Source: Dehalococcoidia bacterium (GTDB taxonomy: Bacteria; Chloroflexota; Dehalococcoidia; Lucifugimonadales; UBA2962). Taken from it: a stretch of 64,000 bases of DNA. This document shows positions 1 to 9,627 of this stretch, in pieces (position 1 is the first letter of the stretch; each line of letters opens with the position of its first letter). Both the position numbers and the translations under genes were made by a program. The notes beneath the pieces were generated by a model. That model did no database searches. It was given only the letters and a program-made list of their open reading frames with translations, and was not told the DNA's origin. The DNA is taken from assembly GCA_965116605.1 (NCBI GenBank), contig OZ220697.1:1439013-1503012 (forward strand), given 5' to 3'.

Positions 1-662
1 AATCCTTTGCTAGAAACCTGCTCAGCAAATTTTCCAAGTATGAAATCCGAGATCCGAAATCTCATAAGCTCCGAAAACTGCTTTGCATCAATTTGTGACA
101 TATTTCGTAGCATAGAAAGAGTGCGCAATGAGGTTCTGCCGGGCGTTTCCACTTCACCGGCCAAAATCCTCGCCCAAATCATCTGCATGTCCTTTGATGA
201 AACATCTTGAACGCCGTCGAAGAAGCGGGCAGTCCAGTCAGGATCCGGTTCGGAATCGGGAACATCCTTATCGCCAAGTTCATCCGCAGCACTTTGCACA
301 ACGGATGCTGTATTTGCCATTCGTTTTCGACCTTGAAACTCGATGGATTGGGTAATGTATTCGGCAGTGATCTCGATTGTGCCGCGCCCTGACACGGTGG
401 TTGTGTCAAGGGACTGTCGAGCCTCGGCTTGCGCCTCGGCAATGATTGCCAGGGCTTGCCCGCGAGATTCCGCTTCGATGCGACGCACTTCCGCCCCGTA
501 GCGAGCGGAGGTGAGCCTAGCCTGACCCTCCTTGGACGCTCTCCAATTGGCAAGCATGGGACCCGCGACTGCTCCTACTCCCGCAGCGGCATAGTCCAAG
601 AGCTTCTTGATTCCAGAAACCTGTAGCTCAAATCCAGGCACCTTCGCCTTCAGATCAGCCAT
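1..662 (-). CDS. DUF2806-domain protein (3' end runs off the left edge; absent from the ORF track)
   Basis: Hand translation from ATG 662 (GGAAGG RBS upstream) is open to base 1: MADLKAKVPGFELQVSG...EPDPDWTARFFDGVQDVSSKDMQMIWARILAGEVETPGRTSLRTLSMLRNMSQIDAKQF, matching the DUF2806 signature. Confidence 0.8.
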   Translation of the reverse strand, partial: MADLKAKVPGFELQVSGIKKLLDYAAAGVGAVAGPMLANWRASKEGQARLTSARYGAEVRRIEAESRGQALAIIAEAQAEARQSLDTTTVSGRGTIEITAEYITQSIEFQGRKRMANTASVVQSAADELGDKDVPDSEPDPDWTARFFDGVQDVSSKDMQMIWARILAGEVETPGRTSLRTLSMLRNMSQIDAKQFSELMRFRISDFILGKFAEQVSSKG

Positions 663-1336
663 TGTCTGTGTCCTTCCATCTGTTGTGATTCCGTCATGCA
701 CTATCTCTCGATCTGAATGCTGTAGTCTCCAAGTTGGCCAAGAGAGCAGCCTCCACGTGCCGTTTGTCGATGGTCGTCACGGTGTTCCTAGCCCAGCGCG
801 CTTGCGTCACAGATAGCTCGCTCGTGACCCGCATGAGCTTGACACGAATACAATCTCGTCCATACCCACTTTCGCACTTGATTGGTCCAATAGAGCGCGA
901 CGAACGCCCTGTCCATTCGATTTGTTTCCATATGCCCTTGAGAGTACTCTAATGAGAGGTTGATGAATCGATTGGCGTTTCTCAAGGGACTCCGGCGCCA
1001 GACCCAACGTCCCTGGTTCTCTGGGATCGAGTTGCCTCGCCACGGACTCGTCCGACAGGTCGACCTAATGGCCTCGTAGAACACACTATACGATCATTAA
1101 ATCGCACCCATCTGGACCCTTGTATGTGGGGTACCAAGTACGTTCCAACGATCATGTGCGCTTAGCGCGTGCCAATATCCCTACCAGTTCCTATGCGGTT
1201 AGTCTCGCGGCTCAACCAACGACGTCAACTTCCTAGCACAAATTGGCCCCCAGCGTAAGGGCCTGCAAGGGATTACCTTCGAAGTTCGCAGCGTTCAAAC
1301 TGGAACCCTGGGCACCTGTACCAGGAGACGCGAACG

Positions 1337-3373
1337 CTGCCAAAGACAACGAACCCACAGCTGATCGGGCTGGTCCAGGAATACCTGAAAGCCTACGCAT
1401 GGCGCCACGGCCAAGGGCGCACGGCCGAAAGGTTCGGCGTATCGCGCCACACGGTATGGCGCTTCCTCAACCGTGGCCACGCCGGGCGCCGACTGCCCCG
1501 TGTCGTGCTGGACGTCTTCGGCGGGGATCTCGGTGCACTCATATCCGCGACGTGGAAGCTCAACGGCGCCAGCCCGAGCCTGGCGCTCGACCGTAACCGT
1601 CCTTCCCTGCCGGGGCGGCTCAGCGAAACACTCACGCTACTGTGCGCCACACCCCTTGCCGCGGTGGAGGAGCTATCGAGCCTTGAGCGTGTGCCAGACT
1701 CGACCCTCCGCGACCGGCTGGCCAGGCTAACCGAGCGAGGACTCGCCGACTCGATACAGCACCGGCTGAGCGCGCTCGGGCCCCACCCACGGCGCCGGTA
1801 CTTCCCGACCGAGAAGGGTATCAACACCGCGGCCGCCGAAACGGAGGAACGAGAGGACATGCTGGAGTTGTACCCCGTCTCTCGTCAGTGGCTGAGGCTA
1901 CTCGCCGAACGGCTCGACGCCGTGGCGGTGCTATACCACGCAGCCGCCATGATCGCGGATGCCGATCCGAGCGGCGATCCCGCGAGGGTGGACCACTACC
2001 GCCACGGACCCTATGACCTGCTGATTACCCTGTCGGGGAACCGTTCGATCGGCCTGATCCGCCACGGGCCTGCCCTGCCCAATGCCAACCTTCGCTACCG
2101 CCTCAGGAGCAAGGAGCATCTGGGGTACTCCGAGGAGCCCCTCGTCACACTGGTGCTGACCCACTCCACCCAGGCCATGCGCAGGGCGATACGCTCGCTC
2201 GGCGACCCACTGGAACACGGGACGACGCTGGTGGCCTGCGAGCAGGAGCTGCTGGCCGGCGGCGCCAGCTCCTACGTATGGCAGCTGTGCGGAACCGGGA
2301 GGGACGATGACCCTCCCGACCTCATCAGCCCGGACATTAGGCTTGCGGCCATCGTCAGGTGGTCCGGCTGGCTGGTCGACCGGTCCGACTACCCTGGGTG
2401 GGAAAGGCCCGCGGTCGACCCCGAGTCCCTCTATTCTCCCGACCTGCGTGCAACCATGCCCGAGCCGTCAGTCCAGCTCCGGTCAACTCTCGCGGTGCAG
2501 CTGACGCGCGCGGAGAAGGATGCGCTCGACCTGATCTCCTCATGGCCTCTGTGCACGCGCAGACAGCTCGCAGGCCTGATGGGAGGAGTCACGCGCCACC
2601 GAGTGGGCCAGGTGCTGCGGTCTCTCATGCATCGCTCCCTGGTGAGACCGGACGGACCGCACCACGTTCTCACAGACAAGGGGCTGACTTACCTCGCACG
2701 CCGCGACCGCGCTGCGGTCGGCCCGACCCTCGACCGCTGGAGCCCCGAGCCTGACACCGAACGCGCGCTCCCGGGTTCCGGAAGCCTTCCCCCCTACGAG
2801 GGCAGTTCGCTCCGGGCTATCGCCAACCAACCGAGTCACCAGACCGGCATCACCGACCTTGCCGCGGCCCTCACCGCCGAGGTCGCCCGCTCACCCGACC
2901 ACGACCTGTTCGACCTTCAGCCCACGTCGCGTTCATCCGTAGCCTACCGTCACAAGAGGAAACGCTACGTAATTCACCCGGACGCCTCGTTCGTGCTGGA
3001 ACACCGGGGAGAGCGTCGTCCGTACTTCTTCGAGTTCGAGCGACGCGCAACTACCCCAAAGCGGGTGCCGAAACGCCTCAGGTCCTACCGCCGGTACTTC
3101 TCCAGTGGCTGGGCTGAACTCGACCACGACGGCGAACCACCCATCGTGTTGTTCGTGTTCGAATCCGACGACGGTGAGGACGCCTTCCTGGCCGCTGCCG
3201 CCAGCGTCCGGCATGCACCGTTCTTTACGTCCAACCTCAAGGTGATCGCCTCACGTGGCGTACTGGGTACCTCATGGAGACTCCCGGCGCCAGACCCGCC
3301 TGACCGACTGGATCTGGCCTCCTTGACACAGTTCCCAAATGTCCCCCAAAGCCGTGACCGACGCTTCCTGTAG
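1337..3373 (+). CDS. Replication-relaxation (Replic_Relax-like) family protein with N-terminal HTH and duplicated wHTH/nuclease-fold module
   Basis: C-terminal half has H..GITDL...IHPDASF...YFFEFER...LRSYRRY...PIVLFVF. Frame is open from 1259. AGGAG (1323-1327) precedes CTG 1337, which adds the HTH TAERFGVSRHTVWRFL; the ORF track starts at GTG 1505. Confidence 0.7.
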   Translation: MPKTTNPQLIGLVQEYLKAYAWRHGQGRTAERFGVSRHTVWRFLNRGHAGRRLPRVVLDVFGGDLGALISATWKLNGASPSLALDRNRPSLPGRLSETLTLLCATPLAAVEELSSLERVPDSTLRDRLARLTERGLADSIQHRLSALGPHPRRRYFPTEKGINTAAAETEEREDMLELYPVSRQWLRLLAERLDAVAVLYHAAAMIADADPSGDPARVDHYRHGPYDLLITLSGNRSIGLIRHGPALPNANLRYRLRSKEHLGYSEEPLVTLVLTHSTQAMRRAIRSLGDPLEHGTTLVACEQELLAGGASSYVWQLCGTGRDDDPPDLISPDIRLAAIVRWSGWLVDRSDYPGWERPAVDPESLYSPDLRATMPEPSVQLRSTLAVQLTRAEKDALDLISSWPLCTRRQLAGLMGGVTRHRVGQVLRSLMHRSLVRPDGPHHVLTDKGLTYLARRDRAAVGPTLDRWSPEPDTERALPGSGSLPPYEGSSLRAIANQPSHQTGITDLAAALTAEVARSPDHDLFDLQPTSRSSVAYRHKRKRYVIHPDASFVLEHRGERRPYFFEFERRATTPKRVPKRLRSYRRYFSSGWAELDHDGEPPIVLFVFESDDGEDAFLAAAASVRHAPFFTSNLKVIASRGVLGTSWRLPAPDPPDRLDLASLTQFPNVPQSRDRRFL

Positions 3374-3676
3374 GGGCCTATGCTAGAAGCGTCCGGATAC
3401 TCTCTTGCATCGCGTGTTCGACGTGGACTCCATCCGGCTCCCCAGCCCAAATGGCTCATCTTCGGTCGCCGGTGCCGTTTTGTCCCCTTCGTGTCTGCCC
3501 CTTTGAGCGCACCCGTGGGGAACTTGTTGCAGTTCTAGGGGCCCGTTTGCCCTTCGCGGGTACCGAGGATTCGGTCCTGTCTTACGGAGCCCGAGTCGTG
3601 TGGGGTGCTTGACGTATCGTCGGTAACGCTCTGCGAGGCAAATGGAATACCAGGACTGTCGAGGGGGAGGTGAGGT

Positions 3677-4088
3677 ATCCGTCTGATTACGAAGGCTCAG
3701 GCCTGCAATGAGTTCAAGGTGTCTCTGTCCACGTTGGACCGGTGGATTGACGCCGGCCGGGTCCAGGTCAGGAAGGAGCCACACGGCCAGCGCCACAGGG
3801 TTTACGTCGTCATGGGAGAGTGCGGGGCTGATGGCGAAGGTGTCCCGGGTGTGAATACTTGTGGCGGAGAGGAGATCATGCCAGGAGGTGCTCCTACCGA
3901 AAAAGTCTCGTTGGCTGTTGCCCAGGAGCGGGTGCGGGGCCTCGAGGAGATGGTGGAGCAACTCAAAGCAGAGCGTGAGCGCCTACGCTCGCCTTCTAGA
4001 CGAGTTTCGGGCGGGTTGCCTTGTCGCGGCGGCAACCAAGAGACAACATCCATGGTGGAGACTCTGGGAGGGATTGAATTGGTGGTAG
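3677..4088 (+). pseudogene. Excisionase/MerR-like HTH + coiled coil + C-terminal PWWRLW protein, frameshifted at ~3983
   Basis: GGAGG RBS (3666-3670) then ATC-RLITKAQACNEFKVSLSTLDRWIDAG (HTH). Removing one C at ~3983 joins ...EQLKAERER to YARLLDEFRAG...KRQHPWWRLWEGLNWW*. Confidence 0.65.
3984..4014 (+). repeat. 31-bp direct repeat, copy 1 (partner at 9414-9444)
   Basis: tacgcTCgcctTCtagacgagtttcgggcgg vs tacgcCAgcctCAtagacgagtttcgggcgg: 27/31 identical, with an 18-bp exact core. Confidence 0.85.
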
Positions 4089-4196
4089 AATCGCAGCCTT
4101 GTCCGTGCTCACAGACACCCCCGCTGCCGGCTGTCCAAACCGGTTCACAAACTCACCAACACCCATCAAACGACTGCATAGAATAGGAGCGACCTA

Positions 4197-5945
4197 ATGT
4201 ACCACCCTGGAGGAACCATTAGAGAAACGTTACGGTGCATCGAGAGGAACGAATACGTCCTTCCGGCGATCCAGCGAGAATTCGTGTGGAGTCCCGACCA
4301 AATATGTGCACTGTTTGACAGCCTCATGCAAGGCTACCCATTTGGGGAATTCCTATTCTGGGAAATTGAAGCGGACCGCGCTGCAGACTACAGATACTAC
4401 GGTTTTGTCCTCGACTACCATCAGCGAGACAATCCTCACTGCCCTGAAGCACACATCATGCCGGGTAGGCCGATTACAGCCGTGTTGGATGGCCAGCAAC
4501 GACTGACCGCATTCAATATTGGGCTGCGCGGCTCAATGACGGTCAAGCGACCGTATAAGTGGTGGAGTAGCCCGGATGCCTTTCCTCGCCGAGTTCTGGC
4601 ATTAGATCTGTTGGCATCTCATGAGGCTGATGAAGAAGGTAATCGATATATTTTCGAGTTCGTAGATGAAGCTCGGATTGGGCGCGACAGGGAGCGCTTG
4701 TGGTTTAGAGTGCCCGACATCCTAGCAACGCAATCCGGGCCACCCATGCTTAAGTGGTTGACCGATAGGGACCTTGGCGACGAACAGTTGAATCTTGCTT
4801 TTGAACGGCTTGATCGATTGTATCAGGCAGTTCACAATGACCAGACGGTCTGCTACTACGAGGAGAAAACGCAGGACATTGAGCACGTCCTTAATATATT
4901 CATTCGTCGGAACAGTGGCGGGACCGTTCTCTCTTACTCAGATCTCCTGCTTAGCATAGCCACGTCTCAGTGGGAGGAGCTAGATGCCCGGAAAGAGGTT
5001 CACCAACTGGTTGACGATCTGAATCGTGTTGGACCAGGACTCGGCATAACGAAAGACTTCGTATTGAAAGCGGGCTTGATGTTAACGGACATAGCTAGTG
5101 TCGGGTTCCAGGTACGGAATTTCACCCATGCCAATATGGCGGTTCTCGAAAAGAATTGGTCAAAGATTAGTTCAGCCCTGACGGAAACGGTGCAACTAGC
5201 GGCAGGTTTCGGCTTTGACAGCAAGAGCATCCGAGCTCATAGCGCCCTCATGCCGATCGCATACTACATATATCAGCAAGGAGCGCCTTCAGATTTTGAT
5301 GTCCATAGTAGATACGAACACGACCGTCAGGCTATACGAGGCTGGCTCATACGTTCCATTCTGAAGGCGTCCGGTATCTGGGGAAGCGGTTTGGACACCT
5401 TGCTCACTGCACTTCGAGACGTTCTCAGAAGGACCGGCAGTGGGCGCTTTCCGGCGGCCGAGCTACGTCGCGTTATGACACAGCGAGGTAAGGGTCTAGA
5501 GTTTTCGGAGGAGGAAATCGAGGATCTAGCTGATATGTCTATCAGTGACCGTCGCGCTTTTGCTTTGCTGACATTGCTGTCGCCTTCCATAGATCTGCGT
5601 ACACATCATTTCCATATCGATCATATTTTCCCCAAGAGCCGCTTTACGAGAGCGCGCTTGCGCAGAGCCGGGGTGGCCGATGAGGAACATGACGTTTATG
5701 CAGACTGTGCCAATCGCATAGCAAACTTGCAGCTGCTTGAAGGAATACCAAATGTTGAGAAACGCGCCAAAATGCCAGCAGAATGGATGCACGAGCATTT
5801 TGCAGACGAACAGGCCCGCCAGCATTACAAGCAGTTGTACTTCTTGGGCGAAGTTCCGGGACAAATGACCGGCTTCATGACCTTCTATGAGGCACGCCGA
5901 GAGAAGTTGCAGAAAAGAATTGAGCAAATGGTGAATTCTGTGTGA
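4197..5945 (+). CDS. GmrSD-like DUF262 + DUF1524/HNH restriction endonuclease (putative type IV, modification-dependent)
   Basis: LPAIQREFVW, LFDSL..GYPFG, VLDGQQRLT and IFIRRNSGG (DUF262); HIDHIFPKS...NRIANLQLL...N (HNH-like DUF1524); AGGAG RBS. Confidence 0.85.
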   Translation: MYHPGGTIRETLRCIERNEYVLPAIQREFVWSPDQICALFDSLMQGYPFGEFLFWEIEADRAADYRYYGFVLDYHQRDNPHCPEAHIMPGRPITAVLDGQQRLTAFNIGLRGSMTVKRPYKWWSSPDAFPRRVLALDLLASHEADEEGNRYIFEFVDEARIGRDRERLWFRVPDILATQSGPPMLKWLTDRDLGDEQLNLAFERLDRLYQAVHNDQTVCYYEEKTQDIEHVLNIFIRRNSGGTVLSYSDLLLSIATSQWEELDARKEVHQLVDDLNRVGPGLGITKDFVLKAGLMLTDIASVGFQVRNFTHANMAVLEKNWSKISSALTETVQLAAGFGFDSKSIRAHSALMPIAYYIYQQGAPSDFDVHSRYEHDRQAIRGWLIRSILKASGIWGSGLDTLLTALRDVLRRTGSGRFPAAELRRVMTQRGKGLEFSEEEIEDLADMSISDRRAFALLTLLSPSIDLRTHHFHIDHIFPKSRFTRARLRRAGVADEEHDVYADCANRIANLQLLEGIPNVEKRAKMPAEWMHEHFADEQARQHYKQLYFLGEVPGQMTGFMTFYEARREKLQKRIEQMVNSV

Positions 5946-6185
5946 TATTCCCTGTGTTGATTCAGCTATTCGAGCGCGTCGCTCTCGCTGAGGCATTCAG
6001 AGAGCAGACTTGATGCTGATGGGTTACGAGCCATGATTGGGCGAGCCAACTGTACGCCTTAGCCGAAGCTGCCGGGTCGCGCTTTAAGGCCGGTGGTGGC
6101 TTCGCTGCACGCTCTGACTCCGTCTGCAGCCATGACCACACGGCTGACCTCACATCCATTGCGGCGATGCGGTCGATCTTATTGG

Positions 6186-6368
6186 ATGCCGACCGAGGAG
6201 GAATTGTTGGCCTTGGTGAAAGCTGATCGATGTGCTAGGTGCGACGGCGTGTTTGATGAATCGAATCGCAAACATGTCGATCATACGGTTCCTTTGATTG
6301 CTGGAGGACAGCACGGAGGCAATCTTCAGGCTCTCTGTATGCACTGCAATCTGAGGAAGGGCGCGTAG
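6186..6368 (+). CDS. Small HNH endonuclease (possibly a truncated remnant)
   Basis: CARC...HVDHTVPLIAGG..GGNLQALCMHCNLRKG is a Zn-binding HNH motif; start is uncertain. Confidence 0.7.
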   Translation: MPTEEELLALVKADRCARCDGVFDESNRKHVDHTVPLIAGGQHGGNLQALCMHCNLRKGA

Positions 6369-6437
6369 TGTGCTCTCGGTTCGGATCTGGATAGGTGAAG
6401 GCTCCGGTTTTGATGGCGGGGCCTTTGCTTGCCCATC

Positions 6438-6520
6438 GGGCGTGAACGTCAACTCGGAGGTGAGAGTCCCCTACCCATCCTGACGAAGGAGAAGGCGTAG
6501 CGAAGCGCAAGGCCGTCGAG
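6438..6520 (+). ncRNA. Probable 5' remnant of a group II intron (start of domain I)
   Basis: GGGCGTGAACGTCAACTCGGAGGTGAGAGTCCCCTACCCATCCTGACGAAGGAGAAGGCGTAGCGAAGCGCAAGG resembles, from memory, bacterial group II intron 5' ends (GUGYG start, GAGGUGARAGUCC hairpin). No RT ORF or domain V follows. Confidence 0.5.
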
Positions 6521-6931
6521 GTCGCATCCCTGAGGCCACGGCGGGCATCGGATATCAACAGCTCCAGACCGCTCAGGGCTACGCCGCGCACCGACCGCTG
6601 ATACTACAGCCAGACGGCTCCATCCCCGCTGGTCTTCTCTCTATGACATCCTCGCCTTTGGGCGGTGTGCCCTTTCTCGCGAGATCTTCAGGTTCATTTA
6701 ATGGTCCACGGAGAAGTTACACCGCCCGCCCGCTTCCACACCCTTCGAGGCTACATCCGATGTCAATAGTTCCGCCTCTTTTAAGGCCAGGAACACCGAC
6801 AGCTTACGCTTTAACAGCCTGTCTTCGTTCTCACCCGAGTAGAGTGCCTATGAATACATCCGCAGTGTAGTCACCACATACTACAACACACATCGACGCA
6901 TTCTGCTCAGTGAACAGACGTGTCCCCACGA

Positions 6932-7354
6932 CTAAGTATTAGAAGACAATCGAGCGAATTTAGTACGCCAGGCTTCTGCCTCTTCACGTCTAGTCAAGTT
7001 TGAGATCGCTGTCTCAACTTCCGCTTCGAACTCTCTGAGTGCCTTAAATCGGTGTACGTTTTTTAGAAACCCGTGATAATCTCTAATTCGATACTGAGAC
7101 TCTAGAATTGCCGAGACATCATAGCCGACAGTAATTTGATGTTTGTGGATCAACCCCAACAATTCGCCAGGCCTTGACCTAATCATTTGCTTGGCCATAA
7201 TGGCCAGAGCCTCACTGAATTCATTCAAAGACAGTCCCAATCGCCGGCAGTACCTGAAGCCTTGCTTAAATTCTCCTTCTTCGAACAGAGCCGCTATCTC
7301 GTGCGCTTCGATGTTCTCGCGCTCGCCTTTTTTTGGTTTGAACTCTCTCAACAT
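6932..7354 (-). CDS. Hypothetical all-alpha protein, operonic with the upstream helicase
   Basis: 140-aa ORF with an AGGAG RBS overlapping the helicase stop; 12-bp gap; no recognisable motif. Confidence 0.7.
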   Translation of the reverse strand: MLREFKPKKGERENIEAHEIAALFEEGEFKQGFRYCRRLGLSLNEFSEALAIMAKQMIRSRPGELLGLIHKHQITVGYDVSAILESQYRIRDYHGFLKNVHRFKALREFEAEVETAISNLTRREEAEAWRTKFARLSSNT

Positions 7355-7366
7355 GAACGCACACTC

Positions 7367-8920
7367 CTAAGGCACCTGGATTACGATCAGTCGGTCTCGG
7401 GCCCTCGTGAGCGCCACGTACACGTCAATTGCGTGTCCCACCTTGCCAACCCTGTTCCCAATTGGCGGCGTGCAGAGTATTATTGCGTTCCTCTCGTGAC
7501 CCTTGATCTCCCTAGGCGATGTCATCAAAACGTTTTCCCCTTTTTGCAGATCAAACGAGACCCTTATCCCGAATATCTCGAGTTGGTTTGCGACCCGCCG
7601 CATCTGCTCTCGTAGGTGCCCGTTGAAGATCAGTCCTATGTCGCTGTCCTGGTAGTCTCTCTGGAGGGACCTAACCGCCCCTGCAATCCTAACCCCGAGG
7701 TCCTCCCTGTGCTTAACCACCTCTGAAACGACCTGCCCTGCTTCGAAAAGAGGCAAGTTCGAGTTCAGCTCACCGGGAAGCACACCGCTGAGGGCACTTC
7801 TATAGAAGTCGATGATTTCTCGCGAATTCCTATAATTGATATAGAAAGGCATCCTGTCGATTTTGGGGATAGCGTCCAGACTGGAGTGCCAGGATTCTAA
7901 CCTACTCTTGAAGCGGGCCGAATCTCCTGCACGGATATTTCCTCCGATCTGGTTGAGGTCAAAGAACAAAGTCATGCCGGTGTTCTTATCCGAAAGTGCC
8001 TGACCCAAATAAGAAAACCAAGCGGGAGTAAACTCCTGTCCCTCATCAATGACGATATGCTCGACCTCTTCTGCGAGTTCAACAAGGTCATCTCGCGAGT
8101 TGGGCACTAGGAAGTAGCAGTCTGTAGTAGTGCGCTGCACCAGGCGCTCCAGCATATCCTTTGATACCGCAAGAATTCTTTTATTGGCACACACAAAACC
8201 AACCGAGTGCCCCAAGGAAGCAAGGTCTCCCAGGCGATGCCAAGCACACACGGTTTTCCCAGTGCCCGCCGAACCTTGAATGGCGACTCTGTGCTGGGCC
8301 GGAAGTTCTACTACGTACCTTTGGGAGGGGTGCAGATAGAGTTCCCAGTGTGCTTTGTCGCCTCTCAGCGCGGCCTCAAAGTCTTTGTTGTCATCGTAAA
8401 CGGTGTACTTTGACCGAGGAATCGTCAACCCGATTGTTTCGTAGAGGGAGAGGGCCAAGCTTTGTATCCTGGTGTCTACCACGTCCAGAGCGTCGACGAA
8501 TTCATCCTCGTCCGAGACTTCTCTAAAGGCGCCCACCTGATCTTGAGGAAGGCCTAGCGCAACGAGCGCATCGAATACGTGCCTTGCCTGTATTTTGTCA
8601 TAGACGATGCCGTATAGAACTTCTAGGCTATCGTTTCTATTGATATGGGCAGCATCCGCCAAATCGTGTTTAACGACCCTAAATGCTTGAAACCGTTCTC
8701 CTTCGATGGTACACAGCATGCGATAATTCATATCCACTGAAATCGAAATAAATGGAGAAGATTTCAGTCGGTGGACCCGCCAACCTGGCATAGCATCAGC
8801 TCTCACGGATCTTGCATCCTGTCTCTGTGCTGTTCGAAGAATCGTTCTGCATTTCCTTTCCAGACCAGATCGCAAGCTGGATAGGTCAGACAGAAAGTCT
8901 TCGGAGACACTGACTTCCAT
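7367..8920 (-). CDS. RelE/ParE-like N-terminal domain fused to a compact superfamily-1 (UvrD-like) helicase/ATPase
   Basis: Walker A GSAGTGKT, Walker B IVIDEGQE, NYRNSREI and YVALTRARDRL. N-terminus MEVSVSEDFLSDL...HRL...SISVDMNYRML...VVKHD is RelE-like. ATG 8920 has a GAGG RBS. Confidence 0.75.
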   Translation of the reverse strand: MEVSVSEDFLSDLSSLRSGLERKCRTILRTAQRQDARSVRADAMPGWRVHRLKSSPFISISVDMNYRMLCTIEGERFQAFRVVKHDLADAAHINRNDSLEVLYGIVYDKIQARHVFDALVALGLPQDQVGAFREVSDEDEFVDALDVVDTRIQSLALSLYETIGLTIPRSKYTVYDDNKDFEAALRGDKAHWELYLHPSQRYVVELPAQHRVAIQGSAGTGKTVCAWHRLGDLASLGHSVGFVCANKRILAVSKDMLERLVQRTTTDCYFLVPNSRDDLVELAEEVEHIVIDEGQEFTPAWFSYLGQALSDKNTGMTLFFDLNQIGGNIRAGDSARFKSRLESWHSSLDAIPKIDRMPFYINYRNSREIIDFYRSALSGVLPGELNSNLPLFEAGQVVSEVVKHREDLGVRIAGAVRSLQRDYQDSDIGLIFNGHLREQMRRVANQLEIFGIRVSFDLQKGENVLMTSPREIKGHERNAIILCTPPIGNRVGKVGHAIDVYVALTRARDRLIVIQVP

Positions 8921-9413
8921 TATTGACCTCCGGTCTCTTCGAATAGACTCATCGGCTCCATTTGCTCTTGACCTTTGGCCTTCGCGCAACGTGGAACCTT
9001 AACGGATCTCTCCGGCATGTCTAACTGCGACGAATAGTGACGGACTACAACCTTAGCTTGCTGTCGTATTCCCGGGGTTTGTATCACGCTTCCACATCGC
9101 CAGAGTCCACGGAAAAATCAGCTGAGGATTCCCAGCTGCCGAAGCCTGTGCTTGCGATCTACCTACCTGCTGCATTGCCGGCCTCTGTCGAATCCTTCGA
9201 GCCACCGCCTACCTCATCATCGCAAATCAGGCAGATCTTAGACGAACAGGCCACGACGGCGACTACCACTCCCTGAGCCAAAAGGACTGGATTGTCACTT
9301 GGACCGGCGATACAACTGCCTTCTCACTTGCTGGGGCGGGAGAGCTACATGACCACCCTGAACCTGCTAGTGAAGGATGTTGACTCAGTCAGGTCTACTG
9401 GAACGGTTCAGGG

Positions 9414-9444
9414 TACGCCAGCCTCATAGACGAGTTTCGGGCGG
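9414..9444 (+). repeat. 31-bp direct repeat, copy 2; decayed paralogue of the 3' part of the HTH/coiled-coil gene
   Basis: Translates YASLIDEFRA vs YARLLDEFRA in copy 1; followed by RQRLWG vs RQHPWW. Confidence 0.75.
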
Positions 9445-9627
9445 ATCTAGGGGCGTCATACGGGGGATGGCGCGACAACGCCTTTGGGGATTTGCGCTAC
9501 TCGTGACACGTCGATCAAGTCGGCTGGGATGTCCTGGTAAGCCCAACGCTGTCAGCCAAGTGGCTTGTATGTCGACGTTACAAAGACCGACCCTCGCCAT
9601 TGGCATCAGGTGCTTTCGAGCGGCTCC

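Noticed and set aside
981..1005. 14-bp match CCGGCGCCAGACCC to the 3' end of the Rep-relax gene (3284-3297)
   Set aside because: Short and GC-rich with only loose flanking similarity; could be chance.
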